Counted from the stretch's first letter, positions 1 through 10,118 are shown. The stretch: DNA of 64,000 bases from an uncultured Chloroflexia bacterium (GCA_963809375.1 CAWEJO010000002.1:31072-95071), one strand, 5' to 3'. Program-made: numbers and translations. The notes: generated from the letters alone by a model not told the origin.

Positions 1-576
1 CGCTCTCGACGTACGCGGGCGCGTACAGGTCGAGCGCCCGGCCGCCGCAGCGCGTCGCCAGCGCCTGGCAGATCTCGTTCGGGTTGGTCGGCGTGTCGAC
101 GCGGGGCGAGCCGCCCATCGCGCTCGCGAACGTGACGTCGATGTGGCGGCCCGGCCGGAAGAACCGCGGGACCTCACCGGTGTCGCGCCCGTGGCTCACC
201 GCCACGGTCGACCCGTTCCGCAGCCGCCGCTCGAGGTAGCGGGCCGCGTACCTCGCCACGCCCTCGCGCCGGGACCGGGCGTCCTCGTGCGGCGGCGCCA
301 CGATCACGTCGGTCAGCCCGAACGCCTCCCGCAGGCTCGCCTCGAGGTCGAGGTGGAGCCATGGCGGCGCCTCGATGTGGATGTCCACGATCCCGGACCA
401 CGCGGGCCCGCTCGAGCAGGCGCTGGACCTTCTGGCGCGACAGGCCGAACTCGCGAGCGAGCTCCTCCTGGGTCCGGCCGTCCATGTAGTAGCCGTGGGC
501 GATGCCGGGCCAGCAGCTCGAAGTCCTCGGAGTTGCGGTCGTCGGGGTCCACGCGTCTCCGCCAGCGCGCCGTCAC
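1..576 (-). CDS. SorC/DeoR(CggR)-family sugar-binding transcriptional regulator; runs off the window edge, frameshifted
   Basis: Joining frames gives ...ELLAR-IAHGYYMDGRTQEELAREFGLSRQKVQRLLERAR-SGIVDIHIEAPPWLHLDLEASLREAFGLTDVIV, the typical SorC N-terminal HTH; indels near 505 and 400. Confidence 0.8.
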
Positions 577-643
577 CCGTCGGGGGTGAGGCTTCCTCGA
601 TGGTCGTCAGGTGACCCGCGGCCCCGCCAGAGCCGCAGCCGGG

Positions 644-675
644 TGAGCAATTGCTCAGATGTGAACGCTTGCTCA
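644..675. promoter_or_regulatory. Tandem palindromic operator, probably the SorC autoregulation site
   Basis: Perfect palindrome TGAGCAATTGCTCA (644-657) and a degenerate copy TGAACGCTTGCTCA (662-675), next to a minus-strand TAGACT -10 (675-680). Confidence 0.65.
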
Positions 676-888
676 GTCTAGCAGCGGCGCGCGGCCCGGG
701 CAAGCGGCCGTGCAGGGCGTTGCGCGGGACGGGCGAAGCGGCCGGCAGGGGCCGGTCCCCGGTCACGAGCTGCGGCTCACGGACGGCGACAAGGCGCCCT
801 GATGGTCGTCCACAAGGGGACTTTCGGACTGCCGGCACGGGCCACGCCGCCCTGTCGGGCAATCGTCGCCGGCCCGTTCAATGGCGGC

Positions 889-1195
889 ATGGTCGACGCG
901 TCCCCGCCCACCCTCGCGCTCGTGTACCTTCGGCCAGGCGTCCCGTGCCGGTCGTCGCGGTCGAGCCGGCCGCCGCCGAGGCGCTCGGCGCGGTCGGGAT
1001 CGTGGCGGGGACCACGCTCGCGGTCGAGCGCGTCATCCCGTTCGGCGGACCCGTGGTCGTCCGGCTGGGGACGCCCGGATCGCGCTCGGCCGGAGCATCG
1101 CCGCTTCGGTCGCCGTGGCCGGCCCGCCCGCCCTCCGCCGGGACCTGCCCGCCGGAGCCCGCGGTGAATCGAACCTGATGGAGCCATCCGCGTGA
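889..1195 (+). CDS. feoA: Ferrous iron transport protein A (frameshifted)
   Basis: VVAVEPAAAEALGAVGIVAGTTLAVERVIPFGGPVVVRLG + ARIALGRSIAASVAV spread over several frames; stop overlaps the feoB start (GTGA). Confidence 0.75.
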
Positions 1196-3159
1196 AGGGC
1201 CACGGGTCCGGTCGGCTGGCTTCCACGGCGACCGGCCTCCCGGTCATCGCCCTGGTGGGTCGTCCCAACGTCGGCAAGTCGACCTTCCTCGCCGGCGCGA
1301 GCGGCCGGTACGTCGAAACCTCCAACCTGCCCGGCACGACGGTCGCGCCAGAAGCGCGCCAGGTGTCCGGTCGTGCCGGGCAGGCGCTTCTCGTGGACCT
1401 GCCCGGCGCCCTGTCGCTGGTGGATCGGCCGGCCGGCGAGGAGCCCTTCTGGCAGACGCTGCTGGCCGTCGCCCCGGACGCGATCGTCCTCGTCGTCGAC
1501 GCCGGCGACCTCGCCCGGCACCTGCCGTTCGCGCTCGCCTGCCGCGACCTCGGCCTGCCTGTCGTCGTCGCCGCGAACCTGTCCGACGAGGCCGCCGCGC
1601 ACGGGGTCGATCTCGACACGGGCCTCCTCGCCCAGCGGCTCCTGGCTCCGGTGGTGCCGGCCGTCGCCCGGGACGGCCGCGGCATCGCCCGGGCCCTGGA
1701 CCATGCGATCGCGAGAGCGCGGCGGCGGCGCGGCGTCGCGGCCCGGACGCACTCGCCGCGCTCGACGGTGCCGGCGCCCCTCTACCCGCCCGACGTCGAG
1801 GCGCAGCTGGCCGCCGCCACGGTCACGTACCGCGTCTCGCCGTCGCTGGGGGCGGCGGCCGCGCCGGCGACGCCGCTCGCGGCGGCGGTCGCCGATGGGC
1901 TCGTCTCGGCCCGCGGTGCCGCGTCCATCGCGCTCCACGACCTCCTCGCCCCGCATCGGCAGGCGGCGGTGACGCGCTGGGTCGCGGATGCGACTCAGCG
2001 CCGCGATGTCCCGCGCCCGATCGCGGACCGGATCGCGATCGCGAGCGTCGGGCCACTGACCGGCGTCCCGATGCTCGCGGGCGTGCTCATCGCCGTGTTC
2101 GCCGCGGTCGCGGTCTTCGGCGGGGCGGCCGCGGCGATGCTCAGCGCAGGGTGGGGGACGTTCGTGTCGCCGCTGCTCCAGGGCGGGGTCCGCGCCGCGG
2201 TGCCCGTCGCGCCACTCGCGAACGCGATCCTGTGGGCCGTCGATGACGGGCTGCTGGCCATGCTGAGCGTCGGGATCCCGTACGTCCTCGCGTTCACGAT
2301 CATCGTGGCGGCCCTCGAGGATTCGGGCTACCTCGCGAGCCTGACGGTGCTCGCCGACCGGCTCCTGGGCGCCCTCGGGCTCCCCGGCCGGGCCGCGATC
2401 CCGCTGCTCGTCGCCAACAGCTGCAACGTCCCGGCGATCTACGCGACGCGCGTGCTCGCCACCCGTCGCGAGCGCGTCCTCGGGTCGTTCCTGGCGACGC
2501 TGGTGCCGTGCAGCGCCCGGTCCGCCGTCGTGCTCGCGGCGCTGATCCCGCTCGCCGGCCCGTGGGCGGCGGTCGCCGCCTTCGGCGTGATCGTCGGGCT
2601 GACCGTCGGCGCGGCCGCCGGCGCAAATGCGCTCCTGCCCGGTAGCCAGTCGCCGCTCGTGCTCGACCTCGCCCCGCTGCGCCTCCCGGTCCCGCGGCAC
2701 GTCGCGACCAAAGCGTGGTTCCGGTTCCGCGACTTCGTGCGGACCGCAACGCCGATCATGCTCGCCGGATCGCTCGTCCTCGGGCTCGCCTTCGAGCTGG
2801 GTGCCGTGCGGGCCGTCACGCCGGTGGTCGGGCCGGCCATCGGCTGGTGGCTCGGCCTGCCGGCGGCGGCCGGCCTGGCGATCGCCTTCGGGGTGCTGCG
2901 CAAGGAGCTCGCCCTGCAGCTGCTGCTGGTCCTCGCCGCCGCCCAGGCCGGTGGCACGCTGGCGCTGGGCGAGATCCTCACGCCGGGCCAGGCATTCGTC
3001 TTCGCGATCGTGACGTCGGTCTCGTTCCCCTGCGTCGCCACGTTCGCTGCGCTCGCCGGGGAGCTCGGACGGCGGACCGCGCTGGCCATGACCGGGGCGT
3101 CGATCGTGCTCGCGATCGTTGCCGGGGGCATCCTGGCCCGCGTCGTCGGGATCGCCTGA
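1192..3159 (+). CDS. feoB: Ferrous iron transporter B
   Basis: G1 GRPNVGKST, G2 NLPGTTV, G3 DLPG, then LEDSGYL, CNVPAIYATR, VPCSAR and PCVATF gate motifs; multiple TM segments. Confidence 0.95.
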   Translation: MKGHGSGRLASTATGLPVIALVGRPNVGKSTFLAGASGRYVETSNLPGTTVAPEARQVSGRAGQALLVDLPGALSLVDRPAGEEPFWQTLLAVAPDAIVLVVDAGDLARHLPFALACRDLGLPVVVAANLSDEAAAHGVDLDTGLLAQRLLAPVVPAVARDGRGIARALDHAIARARRRRGVAARTHSPRSTVPAPLYPPDVEAQLAAATVTYRVSPSLGAAAAPATPLAAAVADGLVSARGAASIALHDLLAPHRQAAVTRWVADATQRRDVPRPIADRIAIASVGPLTGVPMLAGVLIAVFAAVAVFGGAAAAMLSAGWGTFVSPLLQGGVRAAVPVAPLANAILWAVDDGLLAMLSVGIPYVLAFTIIVAALEDSGYLASLTVLADRLLGALGLPGRAAIPLLVANSCNVPAIYATRVLATRRERVLGSFLATLVPCSARSAVVLAALIPLAGPWAAVAAFGVIVGLTVGAAAGANALLPGSQSPLVLDLAPLRLPVPRHVATKAWFRFRDFVRTATPIMLAGSLVLGLAFELGAVRAVTPVVGPAIGWWLGLPAAAGLAIAFGVLRKELALQLLLVLAAAQAGGTLALGEILTPGQAFVFAIVTSVSFPCVATFAALAGELGRRTALAMTGASIVLAIVAGGILARVVGIA

Positions 3160-3198
3160 ACCGGACGCGAGCGCGACGCGCGCGATCCCGACCGCCCG

Positions 3199-4641
3199 TC
3201 ACGGCTTGCGGCGCAGCTCGTCGATGCTGAACGCTCCCGTCGCGGACGTCCACGACGGACCGACGTCGACGCGCGTCGCGAGCACCAGCCGGGTCAGGCC
3301 CGAGACCGCGAACAGCACGGCGAAAGCGGGGTAGCCGACGGGCAGGACCGCCAGGATCGCAGCCGACGCAACCTGGCCCCCCGTCACGCCCGCGGACGTC
3401 CGGGCCACGAAGGACGCCTGCGCGCCGATGAGGTCCATGCCGCCGGTCAGCCGCAGGAGGCGCTCGTTCGCGGCCAGGGATCCGGTCGCCCAGCCGGCCG
3501 CCGCCAGGGCTGCGACGATGCAGACGACGAGCGGCGCCAGGGGATTCGCCGGAAGCGCCGCCAGTCCGAGGATCATCGCCCCGCCCCGCATCACGAAGCT
3601 CAGGCGCAGCGCTCGCGAGGCGCTTCCCCGGTTGAGCCAGCCGCCGACGATCGTGGCCGCGGCCAGCGAAGCCGCAGCCGAGATCGCGGAGAGGAGGATG
3701 GCGAACCCGGCTGGCAGGCCGAGCACGCTGATCGCGAAGATCGAGAGATACGGCCCGAATCCCGCGCCGAACGCGGCGATCGCGACGTCCCGGATGAAGC
3801 GGCTGGTCTCGGGCGTCCGGGCCGGGGCGTCGCCGCGGCGGGCTACCCGCACCCGTCCGGGTCGCGGAAGCCGCCGGACGACGAGCATCTCGGCGATGCC
3901 GAAGAACCCGGCTGCGACGAACACGAGGGCGTAGACGTTCAGCCCGATCGTCGCGAGCCCTGCTTGCACGCCGAGTGCCACCGGCAGCAGGAGCACGGCG
4001 CCGAGACCCTGGGTGAGGCCCTGGACGCGCGGGGCGACGAAGCGCCGCTCCCGCTCGGGGAGGATGGCGCCGTACCACGCCAGCAGGTTCGCGCCGCCGA
4101 TCGCGGACGCTGCCCCGGCCAGGCTCATCACGACCGCGATCAGGGCGATGGCCAGCTCGGACGGGAGCAGGCCGACCTGGTGGAGCACCACGACCAGCGC
4201 GAGTGAGAACCCGCGCGTCTCGCCGACCGCGAGGATCGCGCCCGTCACGCCGCGCAGGTTGCCGTCGGTCCGCCGCAGGAGCGACGGGACGAGGAGCTGC
4301 GCCACGGAGAAGGTCATCGGCAGCACGCCGATCACGGTCGCGACGCTGGCAGGGGTCCCGAGGGCGAGCAGGAGCGGGATGGTGAGCCCGTCGCCCGCCA
4401 GGGCGAAGACCGCGGCCGCCGATGCGCCGATCCCCTGGAAGACGCGGTAGCGCCGGGTCCCGAACGCCCGCCACTCGTCGATCGAGCTGCGCGCGCCGGC
4501 CGGCACGCCCCACCGGTCGAACGCCGGGCGGATCCGCCGCATCGGCAGGTGCGGGTGCCGGACCCGGAAGGGGAGCCGGGGCCGGATCCTGCGGGGGTGG
4601 CGGGGCAGGGAAGGCCGGCGACGGCGATGGGCTCGAGGCAC
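3199..4641 (-). CDS. MFS transporter
   Basis: About 12 hydrophobic segments in a two-halves arrangement; TACGAT-N6-GTG start. Confidence 0.7.
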   Translation of the reverse strand: MPRAHRRRRPSLPRHPRRIRPRLPFRVRHPHLPMRRIRPAFDRWGVPAGARSSIDEWRAFGTRRYRVFQGIGASAAAVFALAGDGLTIPLLLALGTPASVATVIGVLPMTFSVAQLLVPSLLRRTDGNLRGVTGAILAVGETRGFSLALVVVLHQVGLLPSELAIALIAVVMSLAGAASAIGGANLLAWYGAILPERERRFVAPRVQGLTQGLGAVLLLPVALGVQAGLATIGLNVYALVFVAAGFFGIAEMLVVRRLPRPGRVRVARRGDAPARTPETSRFIRDVAIAAFGAGFGPYLSIFAISVLGLPAGFAILLSAISAAASLAAATIVGGWLNRGSASRALRLSFVMRGGAMILGLAALPANPLAPLVVCIVAALAAAGWATGSLAANERLLRLTGGMDLIGAQASFVARTSAGVTGGQVASAAILAVLPVGYPAFAVLFAVSGLTRLVLATRVDVGPSWTSATGAFSIDELRRKP

Positions 4642-4677
4642 GAGCCCATCGTACGCGGCGGGCGCGGCGGCCCGCGG

Positions 4678-5058
4678 TCACTCGATCGTGATCGAGATCC
4701 CCCCGCCGTCCTCGTCGCGGACGTCGATCACCGGTCCCCGGAGCCCGTTCCGGATCGCCTCCCGGACGCGCTCGGCGTAGGCCATCGGGATGCCGGGAAG
4801 CGCCGCCGCAAGGTCGGCGAGCACGCCTGGCACCTCCATATCGACGACCGCCCGCCCGTTGTCGCGAACCTGGAGGCGGATCCGCAGCGGCCGCCGGTCG
4901 CCATCGCCATCCGACGGCCGGGACGCGCCCGCGTTGCGCGCGGGTCGGCGGCCCGCCCCGGTGGCGCCCGTCAGGGCGCCGATGAGCGGTGCGGCCTCGT
5001 CGGGCGTCAGGCGCCCTTCGGCGACCAGGCGCAGGACATCCTCGATCACGTCACTCAT
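4678..5058 (-). CDS. SHOCT-like/YvlB-like N-terminal domain protein
   Basis: N-terminal IEDVLRLVAEGRLTPDEAAPLI; C-terminal LRIRLQVRD...VIDVRDEDGGGISITIE as in DUF2089-associated small proteins; overlaps the upstream stop. Confidence 0.7.
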   Translation of the reverse strand: MSDVIEDVLRLVAEGRLTPDEAAPLIGALTGATGAGRRPARNAGASRPSDGDGDRRPLRIRLQVRDNGRAVVDMEVPGVLADLAAALPGIPMAYAERVREAIRNGLRGPVIDVRDEDGGGISITIE

Positions 5059-6367
5059 CTGACGCTCCCTCTCGGTTCACCTGCGCCGCGACGATGCGCC
5101 GCTCGGCCTCGTCCACGTCGATCTCGCCACGCGCGAGCGCCTCGAGGAGCGCCAGCGTGGCATTCCCGTTCTGCGCGTCGTCGGCGGACGCCGCCTGGCT
5201 GGGCTCCGCGGCGGGCGCGCCGGGCTTGGCTGCGGGCTCGACGGGCTCCGGGAGCGCGTCGGGCTCGGCCGCGGCCGCAGCGACGGGCAGGGTCGGCTCA
5301 TCGGGCAATGGCGGGACGGCGGGCAGGGTCGGCTCATCGGGCAATGGCGGGACGGCGGGCAGGGTCGGGACGGCGGGCAGTGGCGGGACGGCGGGCAGGG
5401 TCGGGACGGCGGGCAGTGGCGGGACGGCGGGCAGGGTCGGGACGGCGGGCAGTGGCGGGACGGCGGGCAGGGTCGGGACGGCGGGCAGTGGCGGGACGGC
5501 GGGCGCTGCGCCGGGAGTCGGTCCCGGGCGGATCGGCGTCGGCCGGCCGCGGCGCACCTCGACGTCGCCGGACAGCGTCCTGACGGACAGCCGCGCCGCG
5601 CCATCGCCGATCACCACGGGATCGCGGCGGCCCCAGCCGCCGACGCGCTCAGGGTGGGCCACGTCGAGGTCGCCGGACACCGTCCGGACGTCGATCGTGA
5701 CGCCCCCGTTGACGGAGAGCTCGATGTCGCCGGAGGTGGTCTCGATCGCGTGCACGCCGGCCCGTTCGAATGTCCCCGAGAGCTCCACGTCGCCGCTCAG
5801 GGTCCGGACGTCTGCGGCATCGAACCGCGGGCCGTCAAGCTCCACGTCGCCGCTCATCGTCTCGGCGCGGAGGCGAACCGGCGCCACCGCCTCGGCATGG
5901 AGGTCTCCCGAAGCGGCATGGAACGCGATCTCGCCGCCCACGCCGCGCATGGCCACGTCGCCGCTCGCCGTCCGGGTCCGGATCGCGCCGGTGACGTCGC
6001 GGACGCCGACGTCGCCCGAAGCCGTGGCGATGTCCAGCCGGGCGTCGCGGGGAACCTCCAGCTCGATCGTCGTCCCGACGCCGGACCCGAACCCGAAGCT
6101 CCCGATCCTGACGCCGAAGATGATCCCGCCCGTGCCGCGCTCAGTGCGCACGGCGAACCGCCCGGATCCGCGCTCGATGACGAGCCGCCGCGTATCCGAC
6201 GGCGAGACGAGCCGGACGACCGTGCCGTCGACGCCCCGGACGCGGATGTCGTCCGTGGTCGTCTCGATGGCGACCGCGCCCCCTCTGCCGATGTCGTGCG
6301 TGACCTGGGCAATGACGACCTCGGACGGCGTGCCCGGCTGTCCGTTCGCGTCGCGTTCGCTCGACAT
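5051..6367 (-). CDS. DUF4097 beta-strand repeat (LiaX/YvlB-like) protein with Pro-rich linker and C-terminal SHOCT-like helix
   Basis: Repeated T(A/M/L/V)SGD(V/I/L) motifs; C-terminal LLEALARGEIDVDEAERRI; GGAG SD before ATG 6367. Confidence 0.85.
   Translation of the reverse strand: MSSERDANGQPGTPSEVVIAQVTHDIGRGGAVAIETTTDDIRVRGVDGTVVRLVSPSDTRRLVIERGSGRFAVRTERGTGGIIFGVRIGSFGFGSGVGTTIELEVPRDARLDIATASGDVGVRDVTGAIRTRTASGDVAMRGVGGEIAFHAASGDLHAEAVAPVRLRAETMSGDVELDGPRFDAADVRTLSGDVELSGTFERAGVHAIETTSGDIELSVNGGVTIDVRTVSGDLDVAHPERVGGWGRRDPVVIGDGAARLSVRTLSGDVEVRRGRPTPIRPGPTPGAAPAVPPLPAVPTLPAVPPLPAVPTLPAVPPLPAVPTLPAVPPLPAVPTLPAVPPLPDEPTLPAVPPLPDEPTLPVAAAAAEPDALPEPVEPAAKPGAPAAEPSQAASADDAQNGNATLALLEALARGEIDVDEAERRIVAAQVNREGASDE
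5282..5503. repeat. Coding 36-bp tandem repeat (PAVPPLPAVPTL / PAVPPLPDEPTL, about 6 units)
   Basis: gggcagggtcgggacggcgggcagtggcgggacggc repeated in frame. Confidence 0.9.
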
Positions 6368-6368
6368 G

Positions 6369-6821
6369 TCAGCCTCCCAGCCCGCGCAGCTCGGCAGCCG
6401 CGGCTGCCGCGTCGATCTCGTGGCGGGCCAGCCGCTCGAGGACGTCCCTCCGGGCGGCGGCGGTGTCGTCCGCGGACGTGGCCGCGGCCGCCGCCCGGGC
6501 GAGCGGCACCGTCGCGTCCGCGTCGGCCCGGCCCTCGGCGTCGGCGGGGGGCGTGTCGCCGAGGCCGAGCGCGCGCAGCAGGGCCTCCACACGGGCTCGG
6601 ACGGTCGGGTAGCTGATCCCGAGCTCGCGCTCCATCTCCTTGAGGTTGCCGCGCGAGCGAAGGAAGCTCTCGAGCAGCGCGAACTGCTCGCGACCCAGGC
6701 GGGCGAAGCGGCCGACGCTGAACTCGCCCTCGAGCGAGGTTCCGCAGGCGCGACAGTGGAGGCGGGTCACCGACAGCTCGCCCGAGCAGATCGGGCACGT
6801 CGCGATCGCATCGTGGGGCAC
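6369..6821 (-). CDS. DUF2089 family Zn-ribbon/HTH protein
   Basis: CPIC...LHCRACGTSLEGEF; FLRSRGNLKEMERELGISYPTVRAR; C-terminal VLERLARHEID. Confidence 0.92.
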   Translation of the reverse strand: MPHDAIATCPICSGELSVTRLHCRACGTSLEGEFSVGRFARLGREQFALLESFLRSRGNLKEMERELGISYPTVRARVEALLRALGLGDTPPADAEGRADADATVPLARAAAAATSADDTAAARRDVLERLARHEIDAAAAAAELRGLGG

Positions 6822-6959
6822 CTAGCCACGCTCCTTTCGCGGGCGCGGCTCGGCGCGCACCAGCTCGATCCGGCGGATGCTCTGGTCGCGTCGGCGGTCG
6901 GCCTCACGGCGAAGCTCCTGCTCGGCGAGGCGGGGGAAGAGAAGTCGGTAGTCGTACAT
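6822..6959 (-). CDS. Small 45-aa charged protein at the head of the DUF2089 operon
   Basis: MYDYRLLFPRLAEQELRREADRRRDQSIRRIELVRAEPRPRKERG; GGGAG SD upstream; stop abuts the DUF2089 GTG. Confidence 0.55.
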   Translation of the reverse strand: MYDYRLLFPRLAEQELRREADRRRDQSIRRIELVRAEPRPRKERG

Positions 6960-6992
6960 CCTTGGGACTCCCTGCGTCTGGGGGACGGGCAA

Positions 6993-7041
6993 AGTAGAAC
7001 ACCAAGTGATGTGTCTGTCAAGCCTGTTTTCTATTTTGACA
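6993..7041 (-). promoter_or_regulatory. sigma70-type promoter with TGTCAA-N14-TTGACA inverted repeat
   Basis: Minus strand TTGACA(7021-7016)-N17-TCTACT; second TTGACA on + at 7036-7041; AT-rich island. Confidence 0.55.
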
Positions 7042-7129
7042 TGTTGGCTTGCTAGTCGAGTTGGGAACAGGCTGCCGCAGAGCATCGACGGCGGTATGCA
7101 CGGAGTGCGACCGGCGCTACCATCAAGGC

Positions 7130-9208
7130 ATGGCGAACCGCCTCGCTGGCGAGACGAGCCCGTACCTGCTCCAGCACGCCGACAACCCGGTCGACTGGTA
7201 CCCGTGGCGGGCGGAGGCGCTGGCGCGCGCGCGGTCCGAGGACCGCCCGATCTTCCTGTCGATCGGGTACGCGGCCTGCCACTGGTGCCATGTCATGGAG
7301 CGCGAGTCGTTCGAGGACGCGGCAACCGCCGCGTACCTGAACGAGCACTTCGTCGCGATCAAGGTCGACCGGGAGGAGCGGCCGGACCTCGACGCGATCT
7401 ACATGGAGGCGGTCCAGGCGATGACCGGCTCCGGCGGCTGGCCGATGAGCGTCTTCCTGACGCCCGACGGACGGCCGTTCTACGGCGGCACCTACTTCCC
7501 GAACGCGCAGCGCCACGGCATGCCGTCCTTCCGGGACGTCCTCGCCGCGATCGTCGCGGCCTGGACGAGCCAGCGCGCCGACATCGAGACGACCGGGGCG
7601 GCTCTGGCCCGCCGGCTCCGGCGCCACGTCCGGCTGTCCGAGGGCGCGACGGCGCCGGACGCGGAGCTGCTCTCGGCGGCGGTCGGCGGGCTCTCGGCGT
7701 CCTTCGACGTCGTCAACGGCGGCTGGGGAACGGCGCCGAAGTTCCCCCAGCCGATGACGATCGAGTTCCTGCTCCGGCGGGCCGTCGCCGGCGACGCCCG
7801 GGCCCTTGCGATGGCGCGGCGCTCGCTCGACCGGATGGCGGCGGGCGGCATCCACGACCAGCTCGGCGGCGGGTTCGCGCGATACGCGACCGACGCGACC
7901 TGGCTCGTCCCGCACTTCGAGAAGATGCTCTACGACAATGCCCAGCTCGCACGCGCATACACCCACGCCTGGGCCCTGACCCGCGACCCGGCGTACCTCG
8001 CGGTCGCCCGGACGACGCTCGACTTCATGGTGCGCGACCTGCTCCTGCCGGACGGCGTCTTCGCGGCGAGCCTCGATGCCGACACCGGCGGCGAGGAGGG
8101 TGCCACCTACACGTGGCTTGCCTCGGAGCTGCGCGGGACCCTCGAGGCTGCCGGCCTGGGCGGCGACGCGGATCTCGTGGCGGCGGCCTACGACGTGCGC
8201 GAGGAAGGCAACTGGGAGGGGCGCGTGATCCTGCGCCGGGTCGCCTCCGACGAGGAGCTCGCCGCGCGCCCTGGGGCGGCTGGCGCAGACGTCCCGGCGC
8301 GCCTCGGGCGGGCCCGGACGGCCCTGCTGGCCGCCCGCGACCGGCGGGTCCAGCCGGCCCGCGACGACAAGGCGCTCGCCGGGTGGAACGGGCTGGCGAT
8401 CGCCGCCTTCGCAGATGCGGCGATCGCGCTCGGCGGCAGCGACGACGCCGAGGTCAGCGCGATTGGCAAGGGCTATGCCGCGATCGCCCGACGGGCCGCC
8501 GAGAGCCTGCTGGCCGTGCTGCCCGACGAGGAAGGGCGCCTGCGGCGCTCGTGGAAGGATGGCCGCGCGCAGCACCTGGCCGGTCTGGCGGACCACGCGG
8601 CGATGGCGGACGGCCTGCTGTCGCTGTACGAGGCAACCTTGGACGAGCGCTGGTTCCGCGCCGCCCGCGATCTGGCGCAGGCGATCCTCGACCGCTTCGG
8701 CGACCCCATCGGTGGCTTCTTCGACACGCCGCACGACGGCGAGCCGCTCGTGTCGCGGCCCAAGGGCCTCGAAGACAACGCGATCGCCTCCGGCAACGCC
8801 CTGGCGGTCACGGTCCTCCTGCGCCTGGCCGCCTTCACCGGCGACGGTCGGTCGGTCGAGGCCGCCGAGTCGGCCCTCGGGCTGGTGGGCGCGGCGGCCG
8901 GGACCTACCCGACGGCGTTCGCGCAGTGGCTCGTGGCGATGGACTGGCGGGTCGGCCCGGTCGACGAGGTTGCGATCGTCGGCGACCCGGCCGACGAGCG
9001 CACGCGCCGGCTGCTCGAGGTGGCGCGCCGGGGCTGGCGGCCCCGCCAGGTCGTCGCCGTCGGGCCAGACCCGCGCGAGAGCGGCGTGCCGCTGCTCGAG
9101 GGACGCTTCGCCCTCAACGGTTCGCCCACCGCGTTCGTCTGCCGGGACTTCGCGTGCCGGCAGCCCGTGACCGAGCCCGAGGCGCTCGCAGCGCTCCTCG
9201 CGGGATGA
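7130..9208 (+). CDS. yyaL: Thioredoxin-domain/(alpha/alpha)6 barrel protein, YyaL/SSP411 (DUF255) family
   Basis: [55 protein letters not shown]. Confidence 0.95.
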   Translation: MANRLAGETSPYLLQHADNPVDWYPWRAEALARARSEDRPIFLSIGYAACHWCHVMERESFEDAATAAYLNEHFVAIKVDREERPDLDAIYMEAVQAMTGSGGWPMSVFLTPDGRPFYGGTYFPNAQRHGMPSFRDVLAAIVAAWTSQRADIETTGAALARRLRRHVRLSEGATAPDAELLSAAVGGLSASFDVVNGGWGTAPKFPQPMTIEFLLRRAVAGDARALAMARRSLDRMAAGGIHDQLGGGFARYATDATWLVPHFEKMLYDNAQLARAYTHAWALTRDPAYLAVARTTLDFMVRDLLLPDGVFAASLDADTGGEEGATYTWLASELRGTLEAAGLGGDADLVAAAYDVREEGNWEGRVILRRVASDEELAARPGAAGADVPARLGRARTALLAARDRRVQPARDDKALAGWNGLAIAAFADAAIALGGSDDAEVSAIGKGYAAIARRAAESLLAVLPDEEGRLRRSWKDGRAQHLAGLADHAAMADGLLSLYEATLDERWFRAARDLAQAILDRFGDPIGGFFDTPHDGEPLVSRPKGLEDNAIASGNALAVTVLLRLAAFTGDGRSVEAAESALGLVGAAAGTYPTAFAQWLVAMDWRVGPVDEVAIVGDPADERTRRLLEVARRGWRPRQVVAVGPDPRESGVPLLEGRFALNGSPTAFVCRDFACRQPVTEPEALAALLAG

Positions 9209-9245
9209 CGGCGGCAGCGCGGGCCTGCCTGGCCGACGGGGAGCC

Positions 9246-9764
9246 TCAGTGTGGGACTACCGAGGCGATGCGGCCGGTGGCATCGAAGCAGAAGCGCGCC
9301 CCGTCGGGGTATTCGTGGCCGAACGCCGGTATCCCACCCGGCGACGAGAAGGTGGCGGACTTGGGCCAGAGAGTGCCTTCGATCACGATCCCGACGCCAC
9401 GCTCGACGCCAAGCAGACCGATGTCGCCGATCCAGCAGTCTGCCGGCAGGCCGTCCTGGTGGAGGAACGCGGCCACGAACGGCCCCTCCTGATCGCTTCC
9501 ACCAATGACCGGGGCTCCCGCGGCGCCGACGCTCCGGCCGAACAGGAGACGCTGCTCAGGTTCCACCGTCACGGTTCGGCCGTCGCGGAGCGTCAGCACG
9601 ACCGTCGAGTCCGCCATGATCTCGGCGGCCGCGCCGACCCCGGTCATCGTGATCCGGGCCAGCTGCAGAACGGCGGGGGTCGGCGTTGGCACCCCCGCCG
9701 CGCATCCGGCGAGGACGACGGCGACGGCGATGCAACCTGCCCGGCGGATACTCGGCAACCTCAT
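9246..9764 (-). CDS. Hypothetical lipoprotein
   Basis: Basic N-terminus, hydrophobic stretch and lipobox VLAG-C. Confidence 0.6.
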   Translation of the reverse strand: MRLPSIRRAGCIAVAVVLAGCAAGVPTPTPAVLQLARITMTGVGAAAEIMADSTVVLTLRDGRTVTVEPEQRLLFGRSVGAAGAPVIGGSDQEGPFVAAFLHQDGLPADCWIGDIGLLGVERGVGIVIEGTLWPKSATFSSPGGIPAFGHEYPDGARFCFDATGRIASVVPH

Positions 9765-9839
9765 GTCGCGTAGCGGGCGCGTCGACGAGGCGCTTGCACG
9801 ACCGGCAGGCTGTTGACCGCGCGCCGCGGCCTGGGCCGG

Positions 9840-10019
9840 TTAGGGGTCCCGGGGGGCGTCGCGCTTCTCGATGTCCGCGCGGATGTCGTCGGCTTCCTTG
9901 CGGGCTGCGTGCACGCCGCGGCCGAGGACGTTGCCCCAGCGCGGCAGCGTCTTCGGTCCGCGCCAGATCAGCACGATGACCAGGACGACCACCAGGACGA
10001 TTGCGACATCGAGACCCAT
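9840..10019 (-). CDS. tatA: Twin-arginine translocase TatA/TatE family subunit
   Basis: TM helix + (W)RGPKTLPRWGNVLGRG amphipathic helix. Confidence 0.8.
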   Translation of the reverse strand: MGLDVAIVLVVVLVIVLIWRGPKTLPRWGNVLGRGVHAARKEADDIRADIEKRDAPRDP

Positions 10020-10118
10020 GCGCGCATCGTAGCCGACGGGCCGCCGGTCGGACAGCCGGCACCCCGAAGGGCGAAGACGGGCTCGGGACCTTCGCTGCAA
10101 GAAGCTGCGGCGGACCCC

